DNA of 63,090 nucleotides from an uncultured Thermomicrobiales bacterium (GCA_902806415.1 CADCWN010000022.1:1-63090); one strand, 5' to 3'; positions 1-9,003 are shown, counted from the first letter of the stretch. The notes: generated by a model from the sequence alone, not told the origin. Made by a program: numbers and translations.

Positions 1-236
1 GGTGAGGCGGCGGCGCTGGCGATGGCCGGGGGCTGATTGGCGGGGAAGAAGCCCGGCGTGGCCGGTCCGCCGGCGATGGCGTACACCGTCGCGGTCGCGG
101 CGAGTGCGCTCGCGCGTGCCGCGATCGTCGGTGCGGGCGGCGTCGCCGTCCCCACGCGCCCACAGGCCGCCAGGAGCAGGACTACCAGCACGGCGCACCA
201 GGTCAGGATTCGCCGCCGACTTGCTCGGATGTCCAT
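1..236 (-). CDS. Lipoprotein, N-terminal part (runs off the window start)
   Basis: Manual translation: MDIRASRRRILTWCAVLVVLLLAACGRVGTATPP..., with lipobox LAAC; GGGGGAGG SD upstream of the ATG at 236. Not in the ORF track. Confidence 0.75.
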   Translation of the reverse strand, partial: MDIRASRRRILTWCAVLVVLLLAACGRVGTATPPAPTIAARASALAATATVYAIAGGPATPGFFPANQPPAIASAAAS

Positions 237-291
237 CGACCTCCCCCGCAATCACCGCGTTGTCCCTCGCGTAGCCCGCCAGCCGCTTTGT

Positions 292-307
292 TGCAATCAG
301 TGTGCCA
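292..307 (-). promoter_or_regulatory. Sigma-54 -24/-12 promoter
   Basis: TGGCACACTGATTGCA (TGGCAC-N5-TTGCA), about 55 nt upstream of the lipoprotein ATG. Confidence 0.8.
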
Positions 308-330
308 GTGGGCGCGGCGGTACGACGGGC

Positions 331-366
331 AAAAAAAGCGGGCGGCCTTTGGGGGGAGGCCGCCCG
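331..366 (-). terminator. Rho-independent terminator
   Basis: 10-bp GC stem followed by a T7 tract on the minus strand. Confidence 0.85.
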
Positions 367-405
367 TGGATCGTGATGCGGGGGCATCACGGAGATGGGG
401 TTAAG
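331..405 (-). ncRNA. Candidate small RNA with two C-rich-loop hairpins
   Basis: CGUGAUGC-CCCC-GCAUCACG and CGGGCGGCCU-CCCCCCAA-AGGCCGCCCG followed by U7; ECF-like promoter directly upstream; no plausible ORF. Confidence 0.6.
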
Positions 406-410
406 AGAGA

Positions 411-436
411 GACGATGGCCGGGCGAGAAAAGTTCC
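411..436 (-). promoter_or_regulatory. ECF-sigma-type promoter
   Basis: GGAAC-N17-CGTC on the minus strand. Confidence 0.6.
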
Positions 437-437
437 C

Positions 438-571
438 TGGCGAGTGGGCGAGTGGGCCAGTGGGCCAGTGGGCCAGTGACGAGTACGGCGAGCAATTAAG
501 TGATGGGCGGGCGCTGGTATATAGTCCAGCGCCCGGCCCTGTTTCTCCGCCCACTGGCCCACTGGCCCACT
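438..571. repeat. Inverted array of 8-mer tandem repeats (AGTGGGCC)n ... (GCCCACTG)n
   Basis: About 5 units at 438-480 and about 3 complementary units at 548-571, with an internal GC hairpin near 504-539. Confidence 0.85.
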
Positions 572-3500
572 AATCTACTTGTTGCCGATTCATGCGCCGG
601 CGGCGGCTGTTGCGATCGGGGCTATTCAGGCTCGCTTCGCGCAGCGGGGCCTCGTAGCGCCACTCGTAATAGTGCTGACCCACATTGCCCAACTCGATCT
701 GCCAACCCTCGGGGTTGTGCGGACTGTAGGTCAGGGTCCAGCGCTCGAAGACCTGGACGAGGATCATCCGGTCGATCCCATCAATGGTCACCTCGACCCA
801 GAACGGGTCGGTCAGCGGGTGGCCGGGGTCGAGCCCCGCCGTGTTCCCCTGCAACTGAGCGTAGAGGGTGTGCTGCGGATTGTCGTCCGGGCTGGTCATG
901 AACGTTTGCAGATACCATCGGGCGAAGACATCGGCGACGTTGTGGCCGGAAACCTCGTCGTAGCCGGTCAGCGTGACGAGCGCAGGCGGCTGTGTCCCCT
1001 CGGCGAACGGCTCGATCTTGCCGCCGGGCCGCAGGAGCCAGTTGATCGGTGCGCCCGCGTAGTTTTCGGTCCGCTTCGCGGCCTCGACGGTGGCGTCGGC
1101 GTAGGTCGGCGCGAGTTTGTCCGGCGCGGGCTGGCCGAGCGTGAGCGCCGCGAGGTTGCGGTCGGTCTCCTTGGCCGGGCCGACGAGCGGGATCTTGGCC
1201 GGGCCGACCTCGGTGCTGGCGTTGTCGCCGAGGTCGATCTTGCCGGTCAGCATCTCCCAGGCCAGCATGCCGACGCTGGTGAGGAAGCCGCCCTTGCCAT
1301 CGGCCACCCGCTCCATCCGGCCCTTATCCCAATACTGCGCGACCCGGACAGCGTTCTTGTCCTTGCCGTAGCTTTCCAGGGTTGACCCGGCGAACGGCTG
1401 CGGCCCCCAGAGCCAGGACTGGCGCTGGTTGGTATAGACCTGGCGGTCGGTCGTGTTCCAGGAGGTGTCGAACGCCGCCTTGTTCGCCGGGTCGTTGTGA
1501 CTGACGAGGGCGAGCCCGTTCTTCAGGAATTGCCCTTCCAGCGGCTCGGGACGAATCGAGAGCCAGCCATTGTCCTCCCAGATCGCGAGGCCGAAGTGGA
1601 GGTGCGCGCCGGTGGAGGTGGAGCCGGTATTGCCGACGAAGCCGATCGTCGTGCCGTGCGAGACGACCTGATTGACCTTGATCCCGGCGCTGACGCGCGG
1701 GTCGTCCTTGAGGTGGAGGTAGTGACTCCGCAGCAGCGTCCCCTGCGGCGAGCGATGGTAGAGTTCCACCGTCCAGCCGCCGCCAGCGGTGGCGTAGACG
1801 TTATTGATCAGGCCATCGGCCACCGCCAGGACCGGCGAGCCCTCGCCGTTCTCGCCGCGCGGCCACACGCCCTTGTTGAAGTCCACGTCATAGTGCATCC
1901 CCGCGCCATCGTTGTGGAAACCCTCACCGTAGAAGGAGCCGTCGCCGCCCGCGTACCAGGTCTCGCCCGCCCGGAAGGGGAGGTAGAGCGGGATCGAGGA
2001 GAGGGCGTCCAGATGGCGACCGGTGATCGCGGGTTGCAGAGGGTTCTCCGGTGCAACGGTGAAGATCGGCTGCCCGCCGCCGCCGGGGGAGAGATTGAAG
2101 TTCGGGTCGGTGATGAGGCCGCCCGCGTAGCTGGCCGCCCAGGAGAGGATGAGATTGACGTACCAGTCGGCGTTGTTGTAGGAGAAGAGCGCGCGGCGCA
2201 TGTCGCCCGGGGCACCGCTGGCCTGCAAGTAGAAGGCGGCGGCGTAGATCGACGATTCCGCATCCCAAATCCCCGCCATCCCGAGACCCTTGCTGGTGAT
2301 CGCGTCGATCTGCGCGGCATAGGGCCGGTAGCTGGAAGGGAGGAACTGCATCATGCCGAGCGCGTGCTGATCCTCGGTCCCGGCGAACTGCGCCAGATAC
2401 GGTCCGACCGCGCGCGGATCGAAGCCCGACTCGACCTTGGCGATCGCCAATAGGATCTCCTTCGGCACACCGGATCGCGCGGCGGCCTTCTCGAAGGTCG
2501 GCATCAACTGCGCTGGCGCGACCGCCGGGCCTGCGGGCGGCATCGGCACGCCGGGATTATTGGCCGGTGTGCCGCCGCCGCTGCTCGCGGCTGTTTCCGC
2601 GAGCGGCCGCCGGGCACCGGCGTAATGCTGCTGGTAGTAGGCCTCGCCCAGGCTGCTGATGACCGTCCCCGAGCCGATCGCCGAGGCGTGGATGAAGCGA
2701 CCCCCCCCGAGGGCGATCCCGGCGTGGCTGATCCCCGGCGCGTAGGTATCCTTGAAGAAGACCAGATCGCCCGGTTTGATGTTCGCCGGTTGCACGTTGA
2801 CGCCGACGCCCGCCTGGTCCCCGGCGACGCGAGGGAGCGTCACCCCGGCGGCCTTCTGGAAGATCCAGAGGACGAAGCCGGAGCAGTCCCAACCGACCGG
2901 CGACTGTGCTCCCCAAACATAGGGGACACCGAGGTGCTTCTGCGCCTCGGTCACGACCGCGGTGCGCCAATCGCCGCTGGCTGGCAGGACGCCGCCATCA
3001 CCCGGCATTTCGAGCGGGCCGGCGGGGATCTGCGGATCGAAGAGCGGCGAAGGGCTGGGCGAAGGACTCGGTGACGGGCTGGGAGACGGGCTCGGTGACG
3101 GGCTCGCCGAGGGGCTGGGCGACGGGGAAGTCGTGGCCTGCGGAGTCGCGGCGCGCGGCGTGCCGCGACCGCCCGGATTGACGATCGCGCCGCCGTTGGC
3201 CGGGATCGCCGTCGGCGATGGACTGGCCGCGACGGTTGGTGCCGCCTGGGTTGGGGCAGCCGCTGGCGCGGGGGTGGGCGTCGGCTGCGGTGCCGCCGAC
3301 TGCTGCGGTACGGCCGACTGCTGCGGCGCGGCCGAGGGTTTGGGCGTGGTTGAGGGGGCGATTTTAGGTGCCGTGGAGGGTACGCTCTTTGGTGCGGTCG
3401 AAGGGGCGGTCGAAGGGGCGGTCGAAGGGGCGCCCGGTTTGACCGTCGCCGTGGCGACAGTCTGCGCGCCGATGGTCGGCGTTCCCGCCACGCGCGTGGG

Positions 3501-3644
3501 GAGCGCGTTCGGATTATTGGTTGTCAACGGACTGCCGGGATCGTCGTCCGGTGCCGCACTCGCGCTCTGGAGCCCCGGCATGAGCGGGCTGAGCAGTGTC
3601 ACCAGCAGCGCGATCGCCACGAAGAATCGCGAGAGCGTCATCAT
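570..3644 (-). CDS. Secreted multi-domain peptidoglycan hydrolase (NlpC/P60 + SLT transglycosylase + M23 peptidase + C-terminal surface module)
   Basis: Signal peptide; Pro/Ser/Thr linker; PYVWG...DCSG...H (NlpC/P60); AIAKVES...GMMQF...YN (SLT); H...D, HYLHL, TGAHLHF (M23). Confidence 0.9.
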   Translation of the reverse strand: MMTLSRFFVAIALLVTLLSPLMPGLQSASAAPDDDPGSPLTTNNPNALPTRVAGTPTIGAQTVATATVKPGAPSTAPSTAPSTAPKSVPSTAPKIAPSTTPKPSAAPQQSAVPQQSAAPQPTPTPAPAAAPTQAAPTVAASPSPTAIPANGGAIVNPGGRGTPRAATPQATTSPSPSPSASPSPSPSPSPSPSPSPSPSPLFDPQIPAGPLEMPGDGGVLPASGDWRTAVVTEAQKHLGVPYVWGAQSPVGWDCSGFVLWIFQKAAGVTLPRVAGDQAGVGVNVQPANIKPGDLVFFKDTYAPGISHAGIALGGGRFIHASAIGSGTVISSLGEAYYQQHYAGARRPLAETAASSGGGTPANNPGVPMPPAGPAVAPAQLMPTFEKAAARSGVPKEILLAIAKVESGFDPRAVGPYLAQFAGTEDQHALGMMQFLPSSYRPYAAQIDAITSKGLGMAGIWDAESSIYAAAFYLQASGAPGDMRRALFSYNNADWYVNLILSWAASYAGGLITDPNFNLSPGGGGQPIFTVAPENPLQPAITGRHLDALSSIPLYLPFRAGETWYAGGDGSFYGEGFHNDGAGMHYDVDFNKGVWPRGENGEGSPVLAVADGLINNVYATAGGGWTVELYHRSPQGTLLRSHYLHLKDDPRVSAGIKVNQVVSHGTTIGFVGNTGSTSTGAHLHFGLAIWEDNGWLSIRPEPLEGQFLKNGLALVSHNDPANKAAFDTSWNTTDRQVYTNQRQSWLWGPQPFAGSTLESYGKDKNAVRVAQYWDKGRMERVADGKGGFLTSVGMLAWEMLTGKIDLGDNASTEVGPAKIPLVGPAKETDRNLAALTLGQPAPDKLAPTYADATVEAAKRTENYAGAPINWLLRPGGKIEPFAEGTQPPALVTLTGYDEVSGHNVADVFARWYLQTFMTSPDDNPQHTLYAQLQGNTAGLDPGHPLTDPFWVEVTIDGIDRMILVQVFERWTLTYSPHNPEGWQIELGNVGQHYYEWRYEAPLREASLNSPDRNSRRRRMNRQQVD

Positions 3645-4053
3645 CGGTCATTCCCTCGACTGCACAAACTACCAATATCCGCCCGCCCGGAGCTGATCTT
3701 TGTGTGCTGCCACTGCTGATCGCAGTGTACCAGCTATTCGTACTCCCAGTCATTCCCGCCGCCATCGCCGTACGCGATGGGCCATTTCTCGGCGGTGTAC
3801 TGGGGTCAGGGACCTCACTATACGGCATAATCGGGCCGTTCTTGCGTACCGTAGTACCAATTATCCAGAGGGGTCAGGGGGGGAAGGAGATTTGCTCCCA
3901 GTACGCGGGTCTACATTCTAGGACCGCAGTCCCGGTTTCTTGGCCCGAGGAGGGGTGGCAAGGTGAGTACGGATCGCGACAGGAGTCCCGACGGCCTGCT
4001 TGCCAAGGCGCGAGGGTAATCTAAGGGCGGCGCATTCGTGGAGGAGGAAACCG

Positions 4054-4524
4054 ATGGCAGAAGTTGATTGGCGACGTGATCGGCTCGGGTCGGCGGAGCG
4101 TGGTGACAATCCGCTGGTACTGGCGCGCGTGCGGAGCGGCTTCGTGGTGCTGGGCGACACGCAATTCCTGCCGGGTTATTGCCTGCTCCTGCGCTCGCCG
4201 CGCGTGACCCACCTCAGCGATTTGGGGCCGACCGAGCGCCGCGAATTTCTATTCGAGATGAGTCTGATCGGGGAGGCAGTCGAGCGGGTCTGTCGCCCGC
4301 GCGGGCTGCGACGGGTGAACTACGAGATCGCTGGGAATAGCGATCCGTTCGTCCACGCTCACGTCATCCCGCGTTACGAATGGTAGCCCACCGAGTATCG
4401 CGGCGTACCGGCCATCATCTATCCCGCCGCGGCCCGCAACGATCCGGCGCAGCAGTTCTCGCCCGAGCGGCATGGCCCCTTAAGGGCAGAACTCGGCGAG
4501 GTGCTGCGAGAGCTATTGCGCTGA
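4054..4524 (+). pseudogene. HIT-family (diadenosine tetraphosphate hydrolase-like) protein interrupted by an in-frame TAG at 4384-4386
   Basis: GAGGAGG SD; QFLPGYCLLL, VNYEIAGN and HAHVIPRY motifs; the frame continues 45 codons past the TAG to a TGA at 4522-4524. Confidence 0.7.
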
Positions 4525-4535
4525 CACCGCTGGTG

Positions 4536-4835
4536 TTAGGAGGCGCGGAGATCGGGGTGGTGCGGGACCCCTTCCACGTCGAGGAAGTCGATGAAGTCGG
4601 ACCACGCGCCGAGGGCCAGCGCGCGATCGATCCGGTCCTGGGCCGCGACGGCGAGGGTGCGATCGACGATCGCAGGGGTGAGATCGGCGATCCTGGTCTT
4701 GCCCATGCCGGCGAGCCGACCGAGGGCCGGGTGAATCACGAAGGCGAAGAGATCCATCGCCTCCCACTGCTCCGTCTCGCGGAGCCAGCGAGCATAGCGG
4801 AAGGCGACACCCATCAGCGAGTTGGGGTCATGCAT
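4536..4835 (-). CDS. Small hypothetical protein (weak integrase N-terminal SAM-like pattern)
   Basis: 99-aa ORF, AGGTGG SD, typical codon usage. Confidence 0.65.
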   Translation of the reverse strand: MHDPNSLMGVAFRYARWLRETEQWEAMDLFAFVIHPALGRLAGMGKTRIADLTPAIVDRTLAVAAQDRIDRALALGAWSDFIDFLDVEGVPHHPDLRAS

Positions 4836-5121
4836 CGGGCCGCCACCTAGCTTCGCTCAAGTCGCCGTGGGGACCGCGTGCCATCGACCTGCCCCATCCC
4901 TTCGGCAACGTCAGCCCTACCGTCGGCAGGCGTATAGCTGGCACCGCCGTCGCGCCTGTCCCGCGCTGGTGCTTCGGTCGACTCCACAGTCGTTACCGGG
5001 GAGTCGTATAGTACCGAGTTGGCGCGGTCCTGTCCAGGTGTCGGGGCGGGCAGTGCGGGTGCGTCATGGCCCCCGATCCTCGGTGCGCTCGGCCTGGATT
5101 GCGCCGCGCGCCGCGCGTCGG

Positions 5122-5727
5122 CTAGCGACCCTCGCGCATGGCGCGCACGATGATCGCGCCCTGACGTGTCGCTACGGCGATCACGCGGAACGGCTCATCC
5201 TGGACCGCCCCGGCTATCCGGGCATTGAGCGGATCTTCCAGCAAGCGCCCCAGATTGGGAGGGGTTGGCAGCGGTCCGAGCCCGGCGCGCACGACCGCAA
5301 CGGTCAATTTCCCATCCTGCACGCCCGGCCGCAGCACGATCTCGCCGGGTATGGCGAGGCCAGCCCCGCCCGATGGCGGATTGATCGGCAAGGGGATAGG
5401 CGGCCCCGGTCGCCCGGCTGTTGGGGTGCGCGTCACCCCCCCGGGCGTCGGGGAAACGGTGGCGTTGATCAGGACCGTGCCGTCATCGCGCGACGTGACC
5501 CGCACGTCGCGCAGGGCGATCGGGTTGTCCTGGCCCCCCGCGTTGATCCGGTCGGCCAAGAAGCTGTCGGTCAGTTCCAGCGTGATCTCCCACTCCTGCA
5601 CCGCCGCCGCCGGGGTGAGCGGCGGCGTGGCGCGCAGCAGCCCGAGGGTGAGGATCCCCCCGAGCCCTGACGCCAGTCCGAACACGCACGCCAGCGCGAG
5701 GGCGATTCCCCGACCGATCCCGATCAT
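5122..5727 (-). CDS. Membrane-anchored hypothetical protein
   Basis: ATG at 5727 overlaps the upstream stop (ATGA); AGGAGGGG SD; N-terminal hydrophobic helix. Confidence 0.75.
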   Translation of the reverse strand: MIGIGRGIALALACVFGLASGLGGILTLGLLRATPPLTPAAAVQEWEITLELTDSFLADRINAGGQDNPIALRDVRVTSRDDGTVLINATVSPTPGGVTRTPTAGRPGPPIPLPINPPSGGAGLAIPGEIVLRPGVQDGKLTVAVVRAGLGPLPTPPNLGRLLEDPLNARIAGAVQDEPFRVIAVATRQGAIIVRAMREGR

Positions 5728-6719
5728 GGCGCTATGCCCCTCCTTTCGCGCGGGCGCGGCGCGGTGAACCCGGCGAGGCGCGCGATGGTCGCCTCTGCCT
5801 GCGCGACGATCGACCGCACAAGTTCGCCCGCCGGACTGATCTCGCGAATTGCCCCGACGCCGCTGCCGGCCATCAGCGCGAAGAGCGACGGGTCGTCTTC
5901 GCGCTCGGCCCGCCACACCGCCCGCTGCACCGCGTCACGGCTCGCCAGCAACGCCTCCTCGCGCCCGGCCCACTCGTCGGTGAAGCGGTTCCTGAGGGCG
6001 CGAACGCGCGCACCGGGCCAGGGGCGACCCCATAGCCGATCGAACGCCTCGGTGTGGATCGTGTCGCCCGCCCGCGCCGCCAGGATGGCCGCTTGCCAGG
6101 CCGGGCTGATCGGCGCCTCGGGTGTCGCCAGGAAGCGCGTCCCGAGCCAGCCGCCCGCCGCCCCGAGGGCGAGTGCCGCCGCCAGGCCGTGCCCGTCGAC
6201 GATACCGCCCGCCGCCAGGACCGGCGTCCCCCCCGCCGCAGCGGCGACCGCAGGCAGTAACTGCGCCAGCGGCACGAAACCGCTGTGTCCCCCGCCCTCC
6301 GTCCCCTGCGCCACGATCGCGTCCACGCCCGCGGCCAGCGCCGTCGGAACTTCGGCGACAGTCGTGACTTGTGCGATGACCCGCGCGCCGCTCGCACGCA
6401 CCTGTCGCACCCATGGCCCCGGATCGCCCCAGGAGAAGCAGTAAATCGGCACCCGCTCCGCCAGGCAGACCGCGAACGCTGCCTCATCAAGGCGACTGAG
6501 CACGAGGTTGACGCCGAATGGTTCCCCGTCGAGTAGATCCCGCGTCGCGCGGAGGACCGCCTGCAACGCTTCCGGCGGGCGGTCCAGGGTGCCGTGGACC
6601 CCGAGGCCGCCCGCCCGCGAGACCGCCGCGACCAACTCTGGCGAGGTGTAGTTCGCCATCCCCGCCTGGCAGATCGGGTGCGCGATCCCGAGGGCGTCAC
6701 AGAGTGGTGTGCGCAGCAT
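5724..6719 (-). CDS. Nitronate monooxygenase / FabK-like flavin oxidoreductase
   Basis: PICQAGM, EGGGH, AAGGIVDG and GTRFLAT motifs. Confidence 0.9.
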   Translation of the reverse strand: MLRTPLCDALGIAHPICQAGMANYTSPELVAAVSRAGGLGVHGTLDRPPEALQAVLRATRDLLDGEPFGVNLVLSRLDEAAFAVCLAERVPIYCFSWGDPGPWVRQVRASGARVIAQVTTVAEVPTALAAGVDAIVAQGTEGGGHSGFVPLAQLLPAVAAAAGGTPVLAAGGIVDGHGLAAALALGAAGGWLGTRFLATPEAPISPAWQAAILAARAGDTIHTEAFDRLWGRPWPGARVRALRNRFTDEWAGREEALLASRDAVQRAVWRAEREDDPSLFALMAGSGVGAIREISPAGELVRSIVAQAEATIARLAGFTAPRPRERRGIAP

Positions 6720-6746
6720 CAGCTTCCCTGTCCCGGAACGTCGCGC

Positions 6747-7862
6747 TTACAGGCCGCCCAGCGGGGCGAACTTCAGGCAGACCGGCGACGGCACGGGCGT
6801 CACCTGCCCGGTGGGCGTGAGCCTGCCGGTCGTCGGGTCGAGCCGGAAGGTGACGATCGTGTCGGTGTTCTGGTTCGCCGCGAAGAGGAACTGCCCGCTC
6901 GGGTCGATGGCGAAGTTGCGCGGCGTGCGCCCGCCGGTCGGGGTGTGGCCGAGCGGCGTGAGAGTGCCGGTCGCCTCGTCGATCGCGAAGGCGGCGATGC
7001 TGTCGTGGCCGCGATTCGAGCCGTAGACAAAGCGCCCCGTCGGATCGACATGGATGTCGGCGCAGGTCGTCTCCTCCGCGAATCCTTCCGGTAGGGTGGA
7101 AATGGTCTGGAGTTCGCGCAGCGTCCCGGCGGCGGCATCCCAGGCGAATGTCGTCACGGTCGAGCCGAGTTCGTTGATGACGTAGGCGAGCGGCTTGCTG
7201 GGGTGGAAGTCGAGGTGGCGCGGGCCTGCACCGGGCGTGAGCTTCGCCCCGACCGGATCGTTGTGCTGCAATCGCCCCGCCGCCGCGTCGAGCTGATAGA
7301 CGAAGACCTGATCCATCCCGAGGTCGGGGCAGAGCGCGAACTGCCCCGAGGGATCGATAGGGATCGCATGGGCGTGCGCCCCCTGTTGCCGTCGGGGGTT
7401 GATGCTCGACCCCTCGTGCTGATCGACGTAACTTGCCGGTTTCAGCCGACCATCCTCGCCGAGCGGCAGGACGGCCACGCTGCCGCTCGAATAGTTCGCC
7501 ACCAGGACACAGCGCCCCGTCGGATCGACGGTGAGGAAGCAGGGATCGGTGCCGTGCGACGGTTCGCGGTTGAGGAAGGTCAGATCGCCGGTTTCGGGAT
7601 CGCGCGCGAAGGCGCTGACCCCGCCGCCCGGCTGCCCGTCGGTTTCCAGCGCCTCATTGACGGTGTAGACGAAGCGACCGTTCGGGTGGAAGGCGAGGAA
7701 CGACGGGTTCGCCACCCCGGCGACGGTGTGCAGGGGGGTCAGCGCGCCCGACTGCGGATCGACGCTGTAGACGTAGAGCCCCTCGGCCCTTCCCCGCCCC
7801 GGCTGGCCGATCGCGGTGTAGGTGCCGACATACATCAGCAGCGGTGTTGTCGTCGTGCTCAT
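6747..7862 (-). CDS. pgl: 6-phosphogluconolactonase (YbhE/Pgl beta-propeller lactonase family)
   Basis: YVGTYT, ANYSSGS, HAH, GAGPRH, SNRGHDS and TPRNF motifs; AAGGAG SD. Confidence 0.9.
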   Translation of the reverse strand: MSTTTTPLLMYVGTYTAIGQPGRGRAEGLYVYSVDPQSGALTPLHTVAGVANPSFLAFHPNGRFVYTVNEALETDGQPGGGVSAFARDPETGDLTFLNREPSHGTDPCFLTVDPTGRCVLVANYSSGSVAVLPLGEDGRLKPASYVDQHEGSSINPRRQQGAHAHAIPIDPSGQFALCPDLGMDQVFVYQLDAAAGRLQHNDPVGAKLTPGAGPRHLDFHPSKPLAYVINELGSTVTTFAWDAAAGTLRELQTISTLPEGFAEETTCADIHVDPTGRFVYGSNRGHDSIAAFAIDEATGTLTPLGHTPTGGRTPRNFAIDPSGQFLFAANQNTDTIVTFRLDPTTGRLTPTGQVTPVPSPVCLKFAPLGGL

Positions 7863-8001
7863 CAACTCTTCTCCTTCGTGTAGCGGGTTCGCAGTCTGTC
7901 ACGGCCTGGGGTTGCGCGCTGCGGTAGCCGGATTATGCGCCACTCGTCCGCAGCGCGTCGTCTCGTCACGGGTCACGTCGGGACGCGCAGGGGAATGTGT
8001 C

Positions 8002-8889
8002 TCATGGATTCGGCTTGAGTTGCAAATTCTTGAAGGCGAACTCCGCCGATGGCACCCCCGCCGGCGTCTTGGCGAAAATCCCGATCTCGCCCGCCTGGGT
8101 GATGGTGGCGTTGTTCAGGGTGTACACGCTCGTGCCATTGATCGCCAGCACGATCTGGTTGCCGCGCGAGGTCACCTGCAGGCGGTTCGGCGCGTCGCCG
8201 ACCTTGATCACCCCCTGCTGATTCGGGGCGTCGAGTGGTCGCAAGGTGCGCGAGGTGCCATCCGCCGTGACCTGGAAGAGCGAGAATCGCCCCTGCGCGG
8301 TGACATAGAAGATGTAGCGCTCGCTCGCCTTGTCTCCCTGGCGCGGTTGGCGGCGGAAGACGAGACCGTAGCCGGCCGAATCGTCGCCGTCCACCTTGCG
8401 CCCCTCGACCTCCAGGGTGAAGTCCTGGAATTTCTGGCCTTCGGGTGCGAAGAACGACCACTCCTGATCGTCGGCTAGCACGGCGACCCGGTATTCGTTC
8501 TGCGCCGCGTCGTAGGTGCGCCGCAGCTTGTTGGTCGTGTCCTCGCCCGATTCCCAGCTTCGCCAGTTGCTCGTATAGCCGCCGACCGTCGTCGCCACCG
8601 CCACCGGCGTCGTCGGGCGGGGAGCAACTGTCGCCGTCGCGGTTGGGGAGCGCGTGGGGACGCGGGTCGGTGTCGCGGTCGGTGTCGGTGTCGGGGGGAC
8701 GGTCGGTGTCGGTGTCGGTGTCGGTGTCGCGGTCGCTGTTGCTGTCGCGGTCGCGGTCGGCGGGACGAGCGCCGCGATGGCAGTCCCTTCCGGCGCACCG
8801 CAGGCGGTTATCGCCAGCGTGAGCAGGAGGAGCGTCAACGCCCTGGCAACCCCGCGCCAGTTGGGATAGCGCCGCAAAGAGACGCGCAT
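8002..8889 (-). CDS. Lipoprotein with Thr/Pro linker and C-terminal concanavalin/DUF1080-like beta-sandwich
   Basis: Lipobox ITAC; TATA/TPTP repeats; DFTLEVE...GYGLVFR...NRLQV...GEIGI pattern; GGAGGGGG SD. Confidence 0.8.
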   Translation of the reverse strand: MRVSLRRYPNWRGVARALTLLLLTLAITACGAPEGTAIAALVPPTATATATATATPTPTPTPTVPPTPTPTATPTRVPTRSPTATATVAPRPTTPVAVATTVGGYTSNWRSWESGEDTTNKLRRTYDAAQNEYRVAVLADDQEWSFFAPEGQKFQDFTLEVEGRKVDGDDSAGYGLVFRRQPRQGDKASERYIFYVTAQGRFSLFQVTADGTSRTLRPLDAPNQQGVIKVGDAPNRLQVTSRGNQIVLAINGTSVYTLNNATITQAGEIGIFAKTPAGVPSAEFAFKNLQLKPNP

Positions 8890-9003
8890 CAGCACCCCCT
8901 CCCGAGTACGAGACCCGCTATCGAGATCCTCGCGCCGCGCATTTATGCGCGTTTCGCCGCGGATGTTGCCTTCCGGCCCTGTGTCTGCGTCACTATATAG
9001 CAT

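Noticed and set aside
438-571. CRISPR array
   Set aside because: Units are 8 nt and contiguous, with no unique spacers and no cas genes; the same holds for the other heptamer arrays
3040-3435. DNA tandem repeats in the hydrolase gene
   Set aside because: They simply encode Pro/Ser and PSTA linker repeats
3650-3825. ydaO/c-di-AMP riboswitch
   Set aside because: The context fits, but the conserved GCUGAAUCC / GGAACC / GUCAGCUAAC blocks are not visible
4384-4386. Genome-wide amber recoding or pyrrolysine
   Set aside because: Many genes here end at TAG at expected C-termini (secF, methyltransferase, S8 protease) and no pyl genes are present
4939-4954. Plus-strand GG-N10-GC match (TGGCACCGCCGTCGCG)
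   Set aside because: Poor -12 element, antisense to neighbouring genes, and expected by chance in GC-rich DNA
4847-4987. 46-codon minus-strand ORF (MESTEAPARD...)
   Set aside because: No SD and no recognisable motif; probably leader sequence
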